Source: Hypanus sabinus (Eukaryota). Taken from it: a stretch of 64,000 bases of DNA. Positions 1 through 14,035 of the stretch are shown in pieces (the stretch's first letter is position 1; each line of letters opens with the position of its first letter). Made by a program: the position numbers and the translations under genes. The notes beneath the pieces were generated by a model that ran no database searches, was not told the DNA's origin, and saw nothing but the letters and a program-made list of their open reading frames with translations. The stretch lies in the NCBI RefSeq assembly GCF_030144855.1, contig NC_082717.1, forward strand, positions 85,932,001 to 85,996,000, in the 5' to 3' direction.

Positions 1-50
1 AAGGGTGAGGAATACAGGATTGAAGTCATTATATTTGAATGCACACAGTA

Positions 51-269
51 CAGGTGTCCCCCGCTTTACAATGTTCACTTTACGCCAGTTCGCTTTTACA
101 AAAGACCCACATTAGTAACCTGTTCTCGCATTACAAAGAGGACTTTTGCTTTTATGCAAATTTCCCCCATATAAATTAATGGTTCTTCGCTTTACGCCAT
201 TTCGGCTTAAGAAAGGTTTCATAGGAACACTCTACCTTTGTAAATGGGGGGGGGGGAGACAGACACTTG
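51..269. mobile_element. Tigger/pogo-like MITE inserted in CR1
   Basis: TA|CAGGTGTCCCCCGCTTTAC ... GTAAATGGGGG...GACACTTG|TA. Removing the insert restores the CR1 codons AAT GCA CAC AGT ATA CGG AAT AAG. Confidence 0.8.
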
Positions 270-856
270 TATACGGAATAAGAGGGTTGAACTTGTAGCA
301 CAGTTAGAGATTGACACGTGGAATGATGTGAGCATCTCTAAACTGTGGCTGAAAGATTATAGCTGTGAGGTTAACATCCTGTCATTTCCATACATTGTAT
401 CAAAATGACAGGCAGGCAGAGGAGTGGGGTGGCTCTGTTGGCAAAAACCGAAATCAAATCCTTAGAGATGATATAGGATCAGAAGGTGTGGAATTGTTGA
501 GGGTGGAGTTAAGAAACCGCAAAAGTAAAATGACTCTGATGGGAGTTATATACAGAACACCAGACAGTAGAAAAGATGTGGGCTACAAATTAGAATGAAA
601 GATCGAAAAATATGTCAAAAGGGCAATGTTATGATAGTCATGTGAGATTTCATGCAGGTAGATTGGGAAAATCAGGTTGGTGCTGGATCTCAAGCAGCGG
701 AATTTATAGAATGCTAATGATAAGGATTTTTAGAAGAGCTTGTCGTTGAGCCCACTCGAGGATCAGCTTTTCTGGACTGGGTGATGAACTGGAATTGATT
801 AGAGAGCTTAAGGTAAAGGGTTAGGGTTTATGGGCAAGTGAGCGTAATATGATATA

Positions 857-1637
857 CAATCGGCCTTCCTTATCCGCGGGGGATTGGTTCCAGGACCCCC
901 CACAGATGCTCAAGTCCCTTATTTAACCTGTCTCAGTGTGGTGGTCTTTAGGACCCAGCGGAACCACGGACTTTATTTAACATGTCTCTGTGCAGTGGAC
1001 ATTAGGACCTGGCGGCGCAGCTCTGAATCCGCAGTGTTTCTGTTCATGAAAATAATCATGATTGCGATTGAAAATAAGGTGGAAGTAAAAAAGTGATCGG
1101 AAGGAGGTGAAATGCCATCAATCACTGGAAAAGCGTTAGGCTACAGTCGGTCAACGATCGGATCAATTTTAATGGAGCATTTGAAAGGCCTGCCCCGATG
1201 AAAGCTACAATTATTACTAAGCAACGCAGAAGTTTAATTATTGAAATACGTATGTTTCTTAAGTGTTTTATATGCACAGAAAGGTAAAATATGTACTATA
1301 TACTAAGAAAAACATTTGACTAATTGATGCTAATTGATACTGGATGTACCTGTTCTGACTTCAAATCTGACTTAAAGACGGACTCAGGAATGGAACTCAT
1401 TCATAACTCGGNNNNNNNNNNNNNNNNNNNNNNNNNNNNNNNNNNNNNNNNNNNNNNNNNNNNNNNNNNNNNNNNNNNNNNNNNNNNNNNNNNNNNNNNN
1501 NNNNNNNNNNNNNNNNNNNNNNNNNNNNNNNNNNNNNNNNNNNNNNNNGAGTGCTGGAGAGAGAACTTCCGGGTTTTCCCAATACTCGGTTGGTTGAATC
1601 CGTGCATACGGAATCCACGGGTAAGGAGGGCCGACTG
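857..1637 (+). mobile_element. Non-autonomous Tigger (pogo) element with a CENP-B-type HTH remnant; spans the N gap
   Basis: TIRs CAATCGGCCTTCCTTATCCGCGG / CCACGGGTAAGGAGGGCCGACTG with TA on both sides. Internal IAIENKVEVKK*SEGGEMPSITGKALGYSRSTIGSIL resembles a Tigger N-terminus. Confidence 0.8.
1412..1548. other. Assembly gap (137 N)
   Basis: Run of N. Confidence 1.
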
Positions 1638-4154
1638 TAATTTACCCTGGAATTTGAGAGGGAGAAACTAAAATCAAATACATCAGTACTACAGTGGAGT
1701 AAAGAGAATTACAGAGGCATGAGAGAGGAGCTGGCTAAAGTTGATTGGAAGGGGACACCAACAGGAATAATGGCAGAGCAGCAATGGTTGGAGTTTCTGG
1801 GAGCAATTCAGAAGGTGCAAGATAAATACATCACAAAGAAGTAGTATTCTAAAGGCAATATTATGCAACCTTGGCTGACGGGAAGCCAAAGCCAACACAA
1901 TATAACAGAGCTGAAATTAGAGGGAAGTTAGAGGATTGAGAAGCTTTTAAAAACTAACATAAGTAACAAAAATTCATAAAGAGGAAAAAAATGGAATATG
2001 AAGGTAATATTAAAGAGGATACCAAAAGTTTCTTCAGATACATAAAGAGTAAAAGAGAAGCAAGAGTAGATATCAAACTACTGGAAAATAATGCTGGAGT
2101 GGTAGCAATTGGGGATAAGGCAGACAAAACGAGTAAATATTTTGCAACTGTCTTCACTGTGGAAAACAGTAGCAGTACGCTGAAAGTTCGAGTGTGTCAG
2201 GGGCAGAAGTGAGAAGCTGCCATTACTAGAGAGAATGTGCTTGGGAAACTGAAAGGCCTGAAGGCAGATAAATCAATTGGACCAGATGGTCTACATCCCA
2301 GGGTTTGGAAATAAGTAGTTGAAGAGGTTGTGGAGGCATTATTAATGATTTTTCAAGAATTACTAGATTCTGGACTGGAAAATTGCAAATGCTATTCCAT
2401 TCTTCAAAAGGGGAGAGAGGTAGAAAAAAGGTTATTTATAGGCCAGTTATTCTGACCTCAGTGGTTGGGAAGGTGTTGGGAGTCGATTGTTAAGGATGTG
2501 GTTTCAGGGTACTTGGAAACAAATGTTAAAATAGGCTGTAGACACCATAGTTTCCTTAAAGGAAAATCTCGCCTGACAAATCTGTTGGAATTCTTTGAGG
2601 AATTAACAAGTAGGATAGACAAAGGAGAATTGGCTGATGTTGTGCATTTGGATTTTTTAGAAGGCCTTTGACATGATTCTGCTTAACAAGAGCTTATGGT
2701 ATTACAGGAAAGACATTAGAATGGATAAAACATTGGTAGGAGGCAAAGAGCGGGAATAAAGGGAGCCTTTTCTGGTTGGCTGCCGATTACAAGTAGTGTT
2801 CCACCACAGAGGTCTGTTCCTTTTTACATTACATGTCAATGATTTGAATGATGGAATTGATGGCTTTGTGACCAAGTTAGCAGGGGACTCAAAGGTAGGT
2901 GGAAGGGCAAGTAATGTTGAAGAAACAGAGAGGCTACTGAAAGACTTAGACAGATTAAGAGAATGGGCAAATAAGTGGCAGATGGAATAGAGTGTCTGGA
3001 AGAGTATGGTCATGCACCTTGGAAGTAGAAGAAATAAAATTCAAAAACCTGAGCTGCAAAGGGACTTGGGAGTTCTCATGCAGAATTCCCTAAAGGTCAA
3101 TTTGCAGGTTGAGTGGGTGGTGAGAAGGGGAAATGCAATGCTAGCATTTACTTCAAGAGGACTAGAATACTTATGGACTATGTTGTTCACATTGTACATT
3201 ACATACACAAGCATGACTCAGACCACGGGGTTTGCACTTTGTAGTAGATCCAACCTGTTTTATATTTGCACTGTCTTCTACCTATTATGACATACAGTAT
3301 ACCAGGCCCACTACCTTAGTATAAATTACCAGAGATAATATATAGATACACAAATGATTACCTTTAAATATACTATTTAGACATGACCTGCCTTCTGCTA
3401 TATTCACTTTACCTGATGACATATGAAGAACATTCTCAGTATCCAAAACAGGTGCAAGACATAGAAATAAAAGTAGGTGTAAGTCATACAGCCCATCGAG
3501 CCTGTTGAACCATTTGCTAACATCTTGGGCTCAGGTCCACATTGTTGCTGACTGCCCATAACCATTTAAACTCTTAGGTTGCTCATAAATCTAAGCTCTG
3601 AATTTCTTTAATACCTCAGCCTCCACAGGTTTCTTGGATAGGTAATTCTGAACACACACAAGATAAAGATATCCCTTCTCTTCTTCAAGTCAAAGAGACT
3701 ACCAAAGAAATTATGCCTCCAGTTCAAAAATACTCCTACAAGGTGAAGTATCAGCTTCTTCCTTTTCAAATTCCATGAGAATCAAATGCATTTCAATTAA
3801 ACTACTATTCATTCTTCTTAACACCAATAACTATAGGTCCAAGCTGCTTATTTTTTTTTCAGAAAACAACATTATTGGGATTCAACCTTACTTTTGTAAC
3901 AATACTTTTGTATTGTTTTCAGTACATATATACCTTCCCTTAAATAAGGAGTAAACCAGATGTCTCATCATTGCTCTGCAGTAAGAGTTAATGTTTCATT
4001 TTCCTTCCTAATTACTTGCTGTATTGGGTTGCTAAATTTGTGTTTCATATGTGAGGACACTCAGATCACTCTGTACTGGAATATCATGTATTCTCACTCC
4101 CTTTAAACATTATGCAGTTTTGCTATTCCTTACAAAGTGGTCACTTCACACTTA

Positions 4155-4222
4155 GATGCTGTCTGACTTCCAAGTATCTCCAGCATTTTGTGTGCTGCTC
4201 TGGATTTCCATCATCTGCAGGT
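4155..4222 (+). repeat. Degenerate PLE-derived 3' end fragment
   Basis: gatgctgtctgac...ccagcattttgtgtg...gatttccatcatctgcag, homologous to the tails at 47036-47110 and 50712-50790. Confidence 0.6.
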
Positions 4223-5884
4223 TATTTTATGTTTATCTCTCATTATATTTTGCCAGGTTATTACACTATCTACCAAATTTTCACCCACCTTAACTTTATC
4301 ACTTTGCTGAGCCTGACCCCACTTCACCACTTTCTTTCTCACCTGTTTTATATTACCATAAAATTTGGAGATATTGATGTCAAATGGTTGAGACTTCAGC
4401 ACTGATCTGCCCCACTACTTGTTACAGATTGTCTTTTTGAAAATATTCTGCTATCCTGACCCAGGATTTTTGTTAGTAAGCCACTCTGATATATTACCAA
4501 AAATTATTGATTACCTATTAAGGTACAGAAGGAGGCTATTTAGCTCATTTGGTCTATGTCAATTATCATCAGTTTCATATACCTCTCTTCTCTCCTGCAG
4601 CCCTGCAAGTTATTCTATCGCACATGTCCAATAACCCCTCTTTGGTTCTTTTGACATTTAACTTCATTGAAGTTCAGTGGCAGTCTAACCTACCACACCT
4701 TTCGGATGTAAGAGGAAACTTGACCATCTGATGGTAACCAGATACCACAGGGAGAAAAGACACCATGAAAGGTCAGGATGAACCCAGTTGCCTGGAATTA
4801 TTAGGCTGAAGCATTAAATGGTACCACTGTACCCATGTCTTTATATAACTAATAAGTTTTCCTCCTTCACAAAATCACATTGATTCCCCTTGTATCACAA
4901 TTTTCAAAATTTCCTACTCCAGCATTTCCCAATGACAGAGGCCAAACAAACTAGCCTACAGTTTTATGCTTTTGGCCTCCCTCCATTTTTGAACAGTGAG
5001 GCTAGTTATGCAATTTTCTGCTCTATTGTTATGGAAGATCTCAACTGAAGTATCCACAACGCTTCCAAAATAAATAGATAATTTTCAATCTACTATAAAC
5101 ACATTTCATGTCAATATAACTTCTCTGGGCCACAGCCACAATACTTTAGACGTATCATGTGGAACAGATACACTAACCTATGGATAATGCTTGCAATTTG
5201 ATCTACAGTATTGTATACATTATTTGAGCTATATATGTACATTATCTGAACCAGATTTTACTCTACAAACATGCATTACTTGTACTAGACCCACGAGACC
5301 AACACTAGACCCACTATAATGTTTACATATTTCATGAATTAGATTTGTTAAACCATAAATATATTTATTTCGTTCAATGTACTTTATAAAGATTGCCTGG
5401 ACAAGAGTCACTATAAAGTATTCATTATTAGTACCAGTACAACAAACAGCATGTAACTAGCAGCAGATAGAATTTCCAGGATGGAAATCTTTACCAGATG
5501 CACTGCAATATACAGTATTATTCACTTTACCACAGTGCACTATACTGCACCTTACTATGCATATTAGTACTCTAACCTACACCAGATGCACATAACTTGT
5601 AATAGATGGCATGTCCATAACATGCATCAGGTCTTGATGGAAAATCCTGACCAGAAAATCAGTTGGACATACTTGGTATACAGTTTTTAAAAGGGCCTTT
5701 CTTTGCTGTTAACTAGACTTTGTCATGTGACCTCAATTGTTACTTCTTTCAAAAGACATGATCTTTAAAGTGGGATGCTCACAGCCTTGAATAAAGAAAG
5801 CAGTAGAGCAATTTTGATTAGGAAAGAAAATTGTGGGCTCTATGTAGAGCTCCCTTTTAACAGAGCTGCTACTCATTTAAAATA

Positions 5885-6058
5885 GAGACACGAGAGTCTG
5901 TAGTTGTGGGAACCAAAAGCAAACAATGAAATGCTTGAGTAACTCAGCAGGTCCAGCATTATGTGTAGAGAGAAATGAATAATTGACATTTTGAGGAAGG
6001 GTTCCCTTGACAGGTACTGCTTGACCCATTGAGTTCTTCAAGCATTGTTTTTTGCTAC
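5885..6058. repeat. Old PLE-derived inverted-repeat fragment
   Basis: Arms aatgcttgagtaactcagcaggtccagca / tgcttgacccattgagttcttcaagcatt; same family architecture as 37116-37317. Confidence 0.55.
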
Positions 6059-6479
6059 TCAACTAACGTTTTATCACCATATCAGAACAATCAATAACAC
6101 AATTCTTTTTTTGTAATTGCAATGAAGAAGCTATTTCACTCATCTATTCATTCGATATTTTGTGGGTTTCATCTCTTTTTTTTTGCATTGCGTCTCTGTT
6201 TTGAAAAAGTTCCTGAAAATATTTGGAGATTAACTTCATAATTTACAATATAGGATACAAAGTGAAGGGTGGTAACAAACATGTATTTATTCAGTATCTT
6301 TCTTATCATCAATGTATTCCAAGTTCCCTTAGTTCTAGGACTCCTGTGGTTCTCCATACCCCACCAGAGTTAAGCATAAGCAAATTGTCCAATATTCCAT
6401 TTATAGATATTATTAAATTCTACGTTGCCTTTTCTCAAAGTAACATGTTGCAGACTACTTTCTCCAGAGGAGATTTGGT

Positions 6480-7630
6480 GTGCCACAAAGACCTTTACAA
6501 ATTTCTATAGATGTACAGTGAAGAGATTTGGACTGGTTGCATCACAGCCTGGTATGGAGGCTGCAATGTGCACGATTTGAGGAGGCTGTTGACAGTTGTT
6601 GACACAGCCAGTTCCATCACAGGTCTACTGGTTTAAAAAGGCGCTGTTGAACCTCAGCAACTTCTGGCCGGTTGGCTAATGAAACAAGGACGGGAAATAA
6701 ATATTTTGTTAATCACACTTTTTCTGGCAAGTGATCATCACAAGTAATAGTCAGTAGGTTTGCTTTGGACTTGAAGGCCATTTGATGTGGCAGAACTGAG
6801 GCAAGGTGAAGTGGCAGGCCCGTCACCGAGAGCAAGGAAGCCCAAAGGTTCGATCATATTAAACGCATTCCTGAAGGCTGAATCGAGGCATTGGGATCAG
6901 AGTATATTGAAGCAATTGCACCCGGTGTTTGGACGTCAGTTCAGGTGCTGGGCCATTTTGAAAAGGTCAGGGTGTCGGGGTCCTAGGTGAGGGACGGGCC
7001 AGTTCAGATCAATGCTTCACGACTCAGCTCTGTGCTGAACTATGGGATTCTCTTTGCTGACTTCAGTTCAGGATGCAATTTCGTTATGCTATTGTCTGCA
7101 TGAATTTTTTTTCTATGCATATTGTGTGTTCGTTGGTCTTAAAATTTTTTTTTTTGTGGCCATGATGTGTTTTTTTTCTCTCTCTGCACATTGGGTGTTT
7201 CAATGGTCTTTTGTTTTATATGGGTTCTTTAAGGTTTCTCTGCTTTGTGGCTGCCTGTTTTGAGACGAATCTCAAGGTTGTATAATGTAAACATTGATAA
7301 TAAGTGTACTTTAAACTTTAAATTCTCACTACATTTTCAAGTGCTATCACTGTGGACCCTCATCACCTGGGACACGCCCTCCTTTGGTTACCATTGTCAG
7401 GGAGGAGGCACAGAAACTGGAAGACCCACACTCAATGTTTTTGAAACAGCTTTTTCCCCTATCCACAATCAGATTTTCATGAACACTGGTCCATGAACAC
7501 AACCTTGTTATTCCTTTTCTTTGCACAATTTACTTTTGTAACGTAGAGTAATGTCTTTGCACTGTACTGATGTCACAAAACAACAAATTGCACAATATTG
7601 AAGTCAATGATGATAAAGCTGATTTTGATA
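6480..7630 (+). mobile_element. Rex1/Babar-type LINE 3' fragment, interrupted at about 6630-7320 by a non-autonomous repeat
   Basis: FYRCTVK..WTGCITAWYGGC-like coding remnant. The tail of the insert (gtggctgcctg...aatctcaaggttgtata) recurs inverted near 51950-52100. Confidence 0.55.
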
Positions 7631-9019
7631 GATCCTATCAAATACTTTGGTGCCCATTCAGGGGGATAGAAGATTAAAAATTGAAAGAACCAATCTTGCC
7701 ATAAAAGAAACAGAATCATTACACTTCCCTAATAATAGAATTCTGGCAGCACTGCCATGAAAATTGAATAATGTGTACTTAGACAAACAGTGCTTTGCAC
7801 TCTTGTTTTTTCAAAAATTAAATTATACTGATAATTTACCAAGCTTTTACATGAAGAGCACTTGGTTTTTTAGTGATAACCTGTTTATTAGTTTATCAAT
7901 TCAGTATAATTACTGTTTGTTTCTCAAAATTTGAAACTAATATAATTCAAAGATGTGAAATAAAGACAAATGAACAAAGATCTATCTTAACCATGTTAAA
8001 CTGTTGGATATTAAGGTAACCTTTAAGCATCTCAATCAAACAAGCAGCATGGTCACATGGCGACCACATAGGTCACTGCATGATCTGCAGGGCAACACCA
8101 GGCTCTGAAGATTGGCAGATGGCAGTGAAGCTAGCAGACTACCAGGAGAAAAACCCTACAAAAGAAAGGCTGAGAAGAAGAGGGCCCCCATTGGTATTGA
8201 TCTATACTCTGCTGGAAATGAGAAGTGTTTGGAAGAGAGGATGCTGATGGGAAATCCATTAAGTAAATTACTCAAGTATGTTACCACCATACATATAAGG
8301 GAGAATGTACTGTAAATGCAAAAGGGAGGGTTTTGACCATACACAGTAGGGTATCCAGTGCATGTAAAGCAGAAGTCTGTAGTTAAAAAAAAATTCTTTT
8401 ACTATTGCTTCAATATAAACACTGAGAAGTTTCTGGAAAAGTAGTTTAAGAGTAAAAAGGAAAACTATAAAACACTAAAACATTGAGAATTTATAGTGTT
8501 GAGCCAACAGCAGCAGCTGAAACTGTGAATCATCACTGCACAATGGAACAAAAGACACCCATCCATGCTGTAATTTCTAAGAATTTACTCTCTTGTAAAA
8601 ACTGGAAGCAGCGAGAGTTTGAGAATAATTTATGTCTCCAGAGACACTGGGACCATTCGTTTGTGCTCTGATGAAAAATAGCCACATTTATAAAGTGCAG
8701 TTAGTAATTTAAAAATTTGTTTGCAAGCACTTTTCACTAATTAAGGTGACCGACCGATTTATAGCCTACTCCTACAAATATAACCTTTTTTTTAAGATTG
8801 TTACTTCAGCAATCTTTTTAGATGAACAGGAACACATACTACCATTTAAAGAATGTCACCTCTCACAAAGCAGGACTCCTGCATGTGATTGTGACTTGAG
8901 GAAATGGAGCAGAGCTTGAAGTCAGCCTGCTGAGGAACAAGAGTACTGCAAATGAACAGAGCTGAATCGTGCTCGAATTTACACTTCCTTTAAAACCTCT
9001 AATCTCAAATTAATAATAG

Positions 9020-11975
9020 CTACCAATTCTTCCCAACAAAAGAATTATTTCACTCTAAAACTGAGAATGAATGCACAGATAGAGATACGAAATTGCTGTA
9101 TCCTGGTTTTCACTGTAACGTGGTTAAACAACACCGTGGTCGACTTATCATTTCAACTTGATGGGATGACTCTGTTCTGTGCAGAACAAAACTCTTTGCT
9201 GGGGAAATTCAAAGGAGTTGGAATCTGTGTGTACATTAAAAAAGGTTGGTGCATAAACCCATCTATAGGTAGCATGGCAAATGAACATCTTACAATACCG
9301 GCCACATTACCTGCTCAGGGAGTTTACTGTTGTCTGCATTCCCCGTGTGTGGGCACCAAGACCACACTGGGAGAGCATTAATCATCAGTTCTCAACACAA
9401 CAAGCATTCAAATGGTCGATGCATAGTTGTAGGAGACTTCAATTTACATTTATCTGCAGAACATTTTACCCAAATCCCACCAACATGCCACTATGGCTGC
9501 TAGGGGAACAAACAGACTGAACCATGTTTATACAAACAGATGAGGTGCGTAATAAGCCATTCCATGCTCTCATCTTGGCCTCTCCGACCACATCTCCTTA
9601 ATGATAATCCCAGCATATCGACAATTGCTGAAAATGCAGAAACCAGTCAAGAGGACCATCACTGAAAGGACTAATGAGGCAATGTCTATGCTACAGGACT
9701 GTTTTGAATGGACTAACAGGCAGATGTTCAAGGAGGCTGCCACAAACAGAAAAGATACAGACCTTGAGGAGTATGCCTCATCTGGGTACGTCAGTAAGTG
9801 TGTAGATGGCGTTGGTACCTCAAGAATGGTCATCTCATGACCCAACCAGGAATCCTGGCTGAACGCAGAGGTGCACTCTCTACTAAAAGCATGGGACACT
9901 GACTTCAAGTCTGGAGACAGAACAACTTTCAAAGTAACCAGATGAAACCTCATCTTTGGCATCAGCAAAGGCCACCTACACACAAAAAAAATTCAGCAAC
10001 ACCTGGCTGTTAACGAACCCCAGCATTCGTGGCTAGGCATCAAGCACATCACTGACTACACAAGGAACAACAGTGTTGACTGTACTAGTGACGCCTTCCT
10101 CCCTCACGTTCTCACAACACAATGCCAGCCACAAAAAGCTACTTCCCTCCCAGATGACAACAACAGACATGAGAAAGACTCTGCAGAGAGTCAACCTCTA
10201 TAAGGTGGCAGGGCTAGACAATATCTGAGGCTGGGTACTCAAGAGTGTAAGCCTCCGTTAGTCTCAACAGACCATGGATTTGCGCCTTGCGTCAAGGTTT
10301 TTGTTATGGAAGACCGGCAATTGCCCAAGCTGCAAGTCTCCCCTCTCCACACCACCGATGTCCAAGGGAAGGGTATTAGGACCCATACAGCTTGGCACCG
10401 GTGTCGTTGCAGAGCAATGTGTGGTTCACGCAGCCTCAGTCAAGGCTCGAACCAGAGATCTTCAGATCACTAGACGAATGCCTTAACCACTTGGCCACGC
10501 ACCAACACACCAGCTCACTGACATCTTCAGCACTTCATTCATCCAGGCATGCTTCAAATTAGCCACCAACATCCCTGTACCAAAGAACTCTACACCTTCA
10601 GAACTACATGACTACCACCTGGTGGCAGTGATGCCGATCACCATGAAGTGCTTTGAATGGCTGGTAATGGCACACATCAAAAACTCCATTCCTGCCACAA
10701 TGGACACTCACCAATATGTTTATCGAAAGAACCGCTCTACAACAGATGCCATAGCATCTGTCATGCACCTGGCCCTGACACACTTAGAAAACAAGGACAC
10801 TTATGTCAGAATGCTGTTTCTGGATTTCAGCTTGGCATTCAACAATGTTGTCACACAGACCTTGAACGAGCTTCTGCTCCTCGGTCTAAATACACCACCA
10901 TGCACCTGGGTGTTGGGACTTCCTAATCAACAGATAGTCAGATATCTGACTATATCAGATATATATAGATATCAGGATAGTCAGGATGCAGAACTACTCC
11001 TCCCCCCCCATCATCCTCAACATGGGTGCCCCCAGGGCTGTGCACTGAGCCCATTTCTGCACACTCTGCTCAGACATGACTGCACATCCAAATCACACTG
11101 TCAAATTCAATGACACAACAGTGGTGGAGCTCATCACCAACAACAATGAGATGGCCTATAAAGAGGATGTGGAAGAGCTCAAGGCCTGGTGCCAGGCAAA
11201 TAATCTCTTCCTCAATGTCAACAAGACAAAGGAGATGATTGTTGACTTCAGTAGAACTCACACCCCTCTTTACTTCAGCAGTACAGCAATGGAAACGGCA
11301 AACAGTCTCAAGCGCCAAGGAGCGCACATCCTCTCATAGTTCCAGAACACATCCTACACAATCAGGACAATTCATCAATTTTTCTACTTTGATGAGGCTG
11401 AAGAGAGTTGGCCTATGCACATCTACACTCACGTCATTCTTCAGATGTGCAATACAGAGCATCCTAACATGCTGCGAATCTGCATGGAATGCAAACTGCA
11501 CTGTGGTAGATAAGAGGCACTACAGCCGATAGTCAAAACTGTGCAACACATCACTATCACCAGCCTACCCACCATCAATGACATATATACAGAAAGGTGT
11601 CGGAAGAGGGCTAGTAACATTACGATGGATCTACTCGTGGATTGTTTGCCTTACTCCAATCAGGGAGAAGGCTACACAGCATCCATGCCAGGACCACCAG
11701 ATTCAAAAACAGTTATTTTCCTCAAGTAGTAAGGCTCTTCAACTCCTCCACCCACTAAACCCACCCCTCCACCATTTCCTCTCAATCACCTTATGTTCAG
11801 ACCCTGTTGTGCCTAGCGTCACTTTATGGATATACAATCAATGTATAAAGCTATCTTATGTATTTATATTTATTTATCATTTTTATCTTATCTTTATCTT
11901 GTGTTTTTTTTTAATGCTGCATCAGACCCAGAGTAACAAGTACTTTCTTCTTTACACTTGTGCACTGGAAATTAC
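9020..11975 (+). mobile_element. Rex1/Babar LINE (endonuclease + RT), degenerate
   Basis: ORF fragments ITMKCFEWLVMAHIK, NRSTTDAIASVMHLALTHLENKDTYVRMLFLDFSLAFN, KFNDTTVVELI and LNVNKTKEMIVDF. Confidence 0.9.
10248..10505 (-). mobile_element. tRNA-derived SINE inserted in the Rex1 LINE
   Basis: Minus strand begins ggtgcgTGGCCAAGTGGttaaggc (A box, 10487-10497) and contains GGTTCGAGCC (B box, 10444-10453). It interrupts the LINE between its endonuclease and RT parts. Confidence 0.8.
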
Positions 11976-12135
11976 ATGAAGCATTCTTGAAGTTGAATAT
12001 TGAAAAAGCCTTTGAACAAAGCTTTCAACAGCCTACATTACCACGTCATTAAAACACCTTAGTTTATGCATTGTGGATATCACGAAGCACCCAGATACAA
12101 TTAGTTTATTAGCCCATGAGCACAGCTTCAATTAC

Positions 12136-12505
12136 CTGAATGTCATGATATGCCCATTGGCACAGAAGCATGCAAGGCAGATGCTCCCATTCAGTCCCAC
12201 AATATCACCTCGAAGAACAAACGATGTTTCAGTTATGTTGTGTTTATAAACACAGTTTTGGGATGGCAGTGAGATAACCTTTGCCTGCTTTTCTGAACAT
12301 ATCACTGCATATTGGGTTTCACATATCTCCTGAGAGGATGAGGGAGAGACAGATACAGGTCTCAGTTTCCTACATTTATCTCTCTCATCTTTCTCTTCCT
12401 GAACATTTGGTTCTTTCCAAGGTTCATGTGCTGGATGAATGAGGCTTCCTGTGGTGTCCAAGAATGCCATTCGCAAAATTGCTCCTTTTAGTCTTAAGAT
12501 AGTCC
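12136..12505 (-). CDS. STXBP5: STXBP5 exon, 370 nt: (G)TILRLKGAILRMAFLDTTG...CLACFCANGHIMTF(S), Lgl/tomosyn C-terminal WD40 region
   Basis: Acceptor tacag|GG, donor TTCAG|gtaatt. GTILRLKGAILRMAFLD and RPVSVSPSSSQEI match STXBP5 rather than STXBP5L. Confidence 0.97.
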
Positions 12506-14035
12506 CTGTATAAGATAAAATGCACTATCAAATTGTGTTAAGGTCACAAGGTCTACAAAATACATAATTGAACTGTGATGAATAACTAGTGACTAGTTAC
12601 CCTTCTTCCATTGAAGATACTTAGCAAGTTACAAGACACCATCAGATATAGTAAAATAATGCAGATGCTAGAAATACTAAAATACTGGAGATAGACAGGA
12701 AGACACAAAGGAAGGGAAGGTTAACATTTCAAAATGGCATTAACTTGTCTGACACATGGTCACTGAACTTAAATGGAATCCTCCACCCCCTCCCTACCCC
12801 ACCACACCACACAGAAAAACGAAAGTCAAAACTCCTTTAAAAATGTCAATTAGAAAAGATGATATTACGTAATTGTTGGTGACAATTCTTGGTAAACTCA
12901 TTATCATTTAAGAGGACACGGTTTTGCAACTTCTCAGAATGAAGAGAACCCGTAATTCCTCAAATTCTGCCAAAATTAATCTGCAGTTATTTGGCTTTTG
13001 TTCATATTGCAAGGTGGTCAATTGAGCTGGGGATTAATTATATCATCGGTAAATACTAAACATCCCACAAGTGTTGGGAAGTTGGCTTAAAGTGATTACT
13101 TGGTTATCAAAAGAAGTATTAAATCTGTAAATAATATATTTTTGTTATGAAAGGGTAAAATGGATAGATGAATTAAATTCAGTGAAAACAATTAAGTTAG
13201 TAAAATACCTCTTTCATCATGTTACTTATCAATGAAAAGTTTTAGTGGTTGATTTGCTGATTTATTGACTATATTCACATACTAGAGGGCAAATTCTTTT
13301 ACAATAGATACATGGAAAGATAAATATGTAAGCATTAAAGTGTTGCTTTTATGTCATTTATTGGAAAGATTTTATTAGAAAAAATTGACTTATGTGCCTT
13401 TGTTATGCTCAGTGAATGGCTGGTCAAAGGATCCTGACAGATTGATGTATAGTGAACCTTTTAAAGAGCATAGCATGATTGAAAACTTTGGGATTTTGGG
13501 GTGCTTGGGAAGATAATACTTGGACTCTTTGAATGATTGGGAAGGGAGTGTAGTACAATGTTGTGGCCAATTGCAGATCCAGCAAGGAAGACTGAATCAA
13601 GTTTTGTCATGACTAACATAAAGAGTGAATCAACTGTTCAGGTCTGGAGAATGACCCACAATGAATGAGACTGCCACATACCTGAATCAGAAAAACCTAA
13701 AGAATTTATCACCATGAATACTGTACTCTGTAAAGACAACCAATTTACAACTATATCATTACTTCCTATATTAAAATAGTGAAGGTAATACCTCCCATAA
13801 ACTGTTGGATTTAGGGGCCACACCCCAAACTCAAGCTCTATTTACATGGCATTTTTAGGTCAGTAAAAGAACATTTAGCTCTTACGCTATTCTTCCCATC
13901 TTCCTTTATATCATTCAATTAAATACTTGCATTTCTAGAACATTACAAGGTTTTTCATAACAGCATAATAGCATTTTTATTCACTTCTCTATATTACTCA
14001 TATATTTGGGAATATGATTGTCCCAGTGCCCTTAC

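Larger units (their letters stand above)
1..3170 (+). mobile_element. Old CR1 LINE ORF2 (APE endonuclease + RT), degenerate, interrupted by two DNA transposons
   Basis: Fragments YLNAHSIRNK (rejoined across the insert), GVIYRTPDS, KSRLTNLLEFFEE, KLAGDSKVGG (FADD-like) and WANKWQME, with many stops and frameshifts. Confidence 0.9.

Noticed and set aside
1324-1671. ORFs spanning the N run
   Set aside because: Artefacts of the assembly gap inside a Tigger-like element.
8040-8344. ORF 8112..8315 and surrounding non-repetitive sequence as a possible exon or small gene
   Set aside because: No recognisable homology, it does not match the next expected STXBP5 exon (SLPSLRPLLDV...), and there is no convincing splice pair.
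10440-10505. Possible tRNA gene
   Set aside because: A and B boxes are present, but there is no acceptor stem closure and it continues into a SINE body inserted in a LINE.
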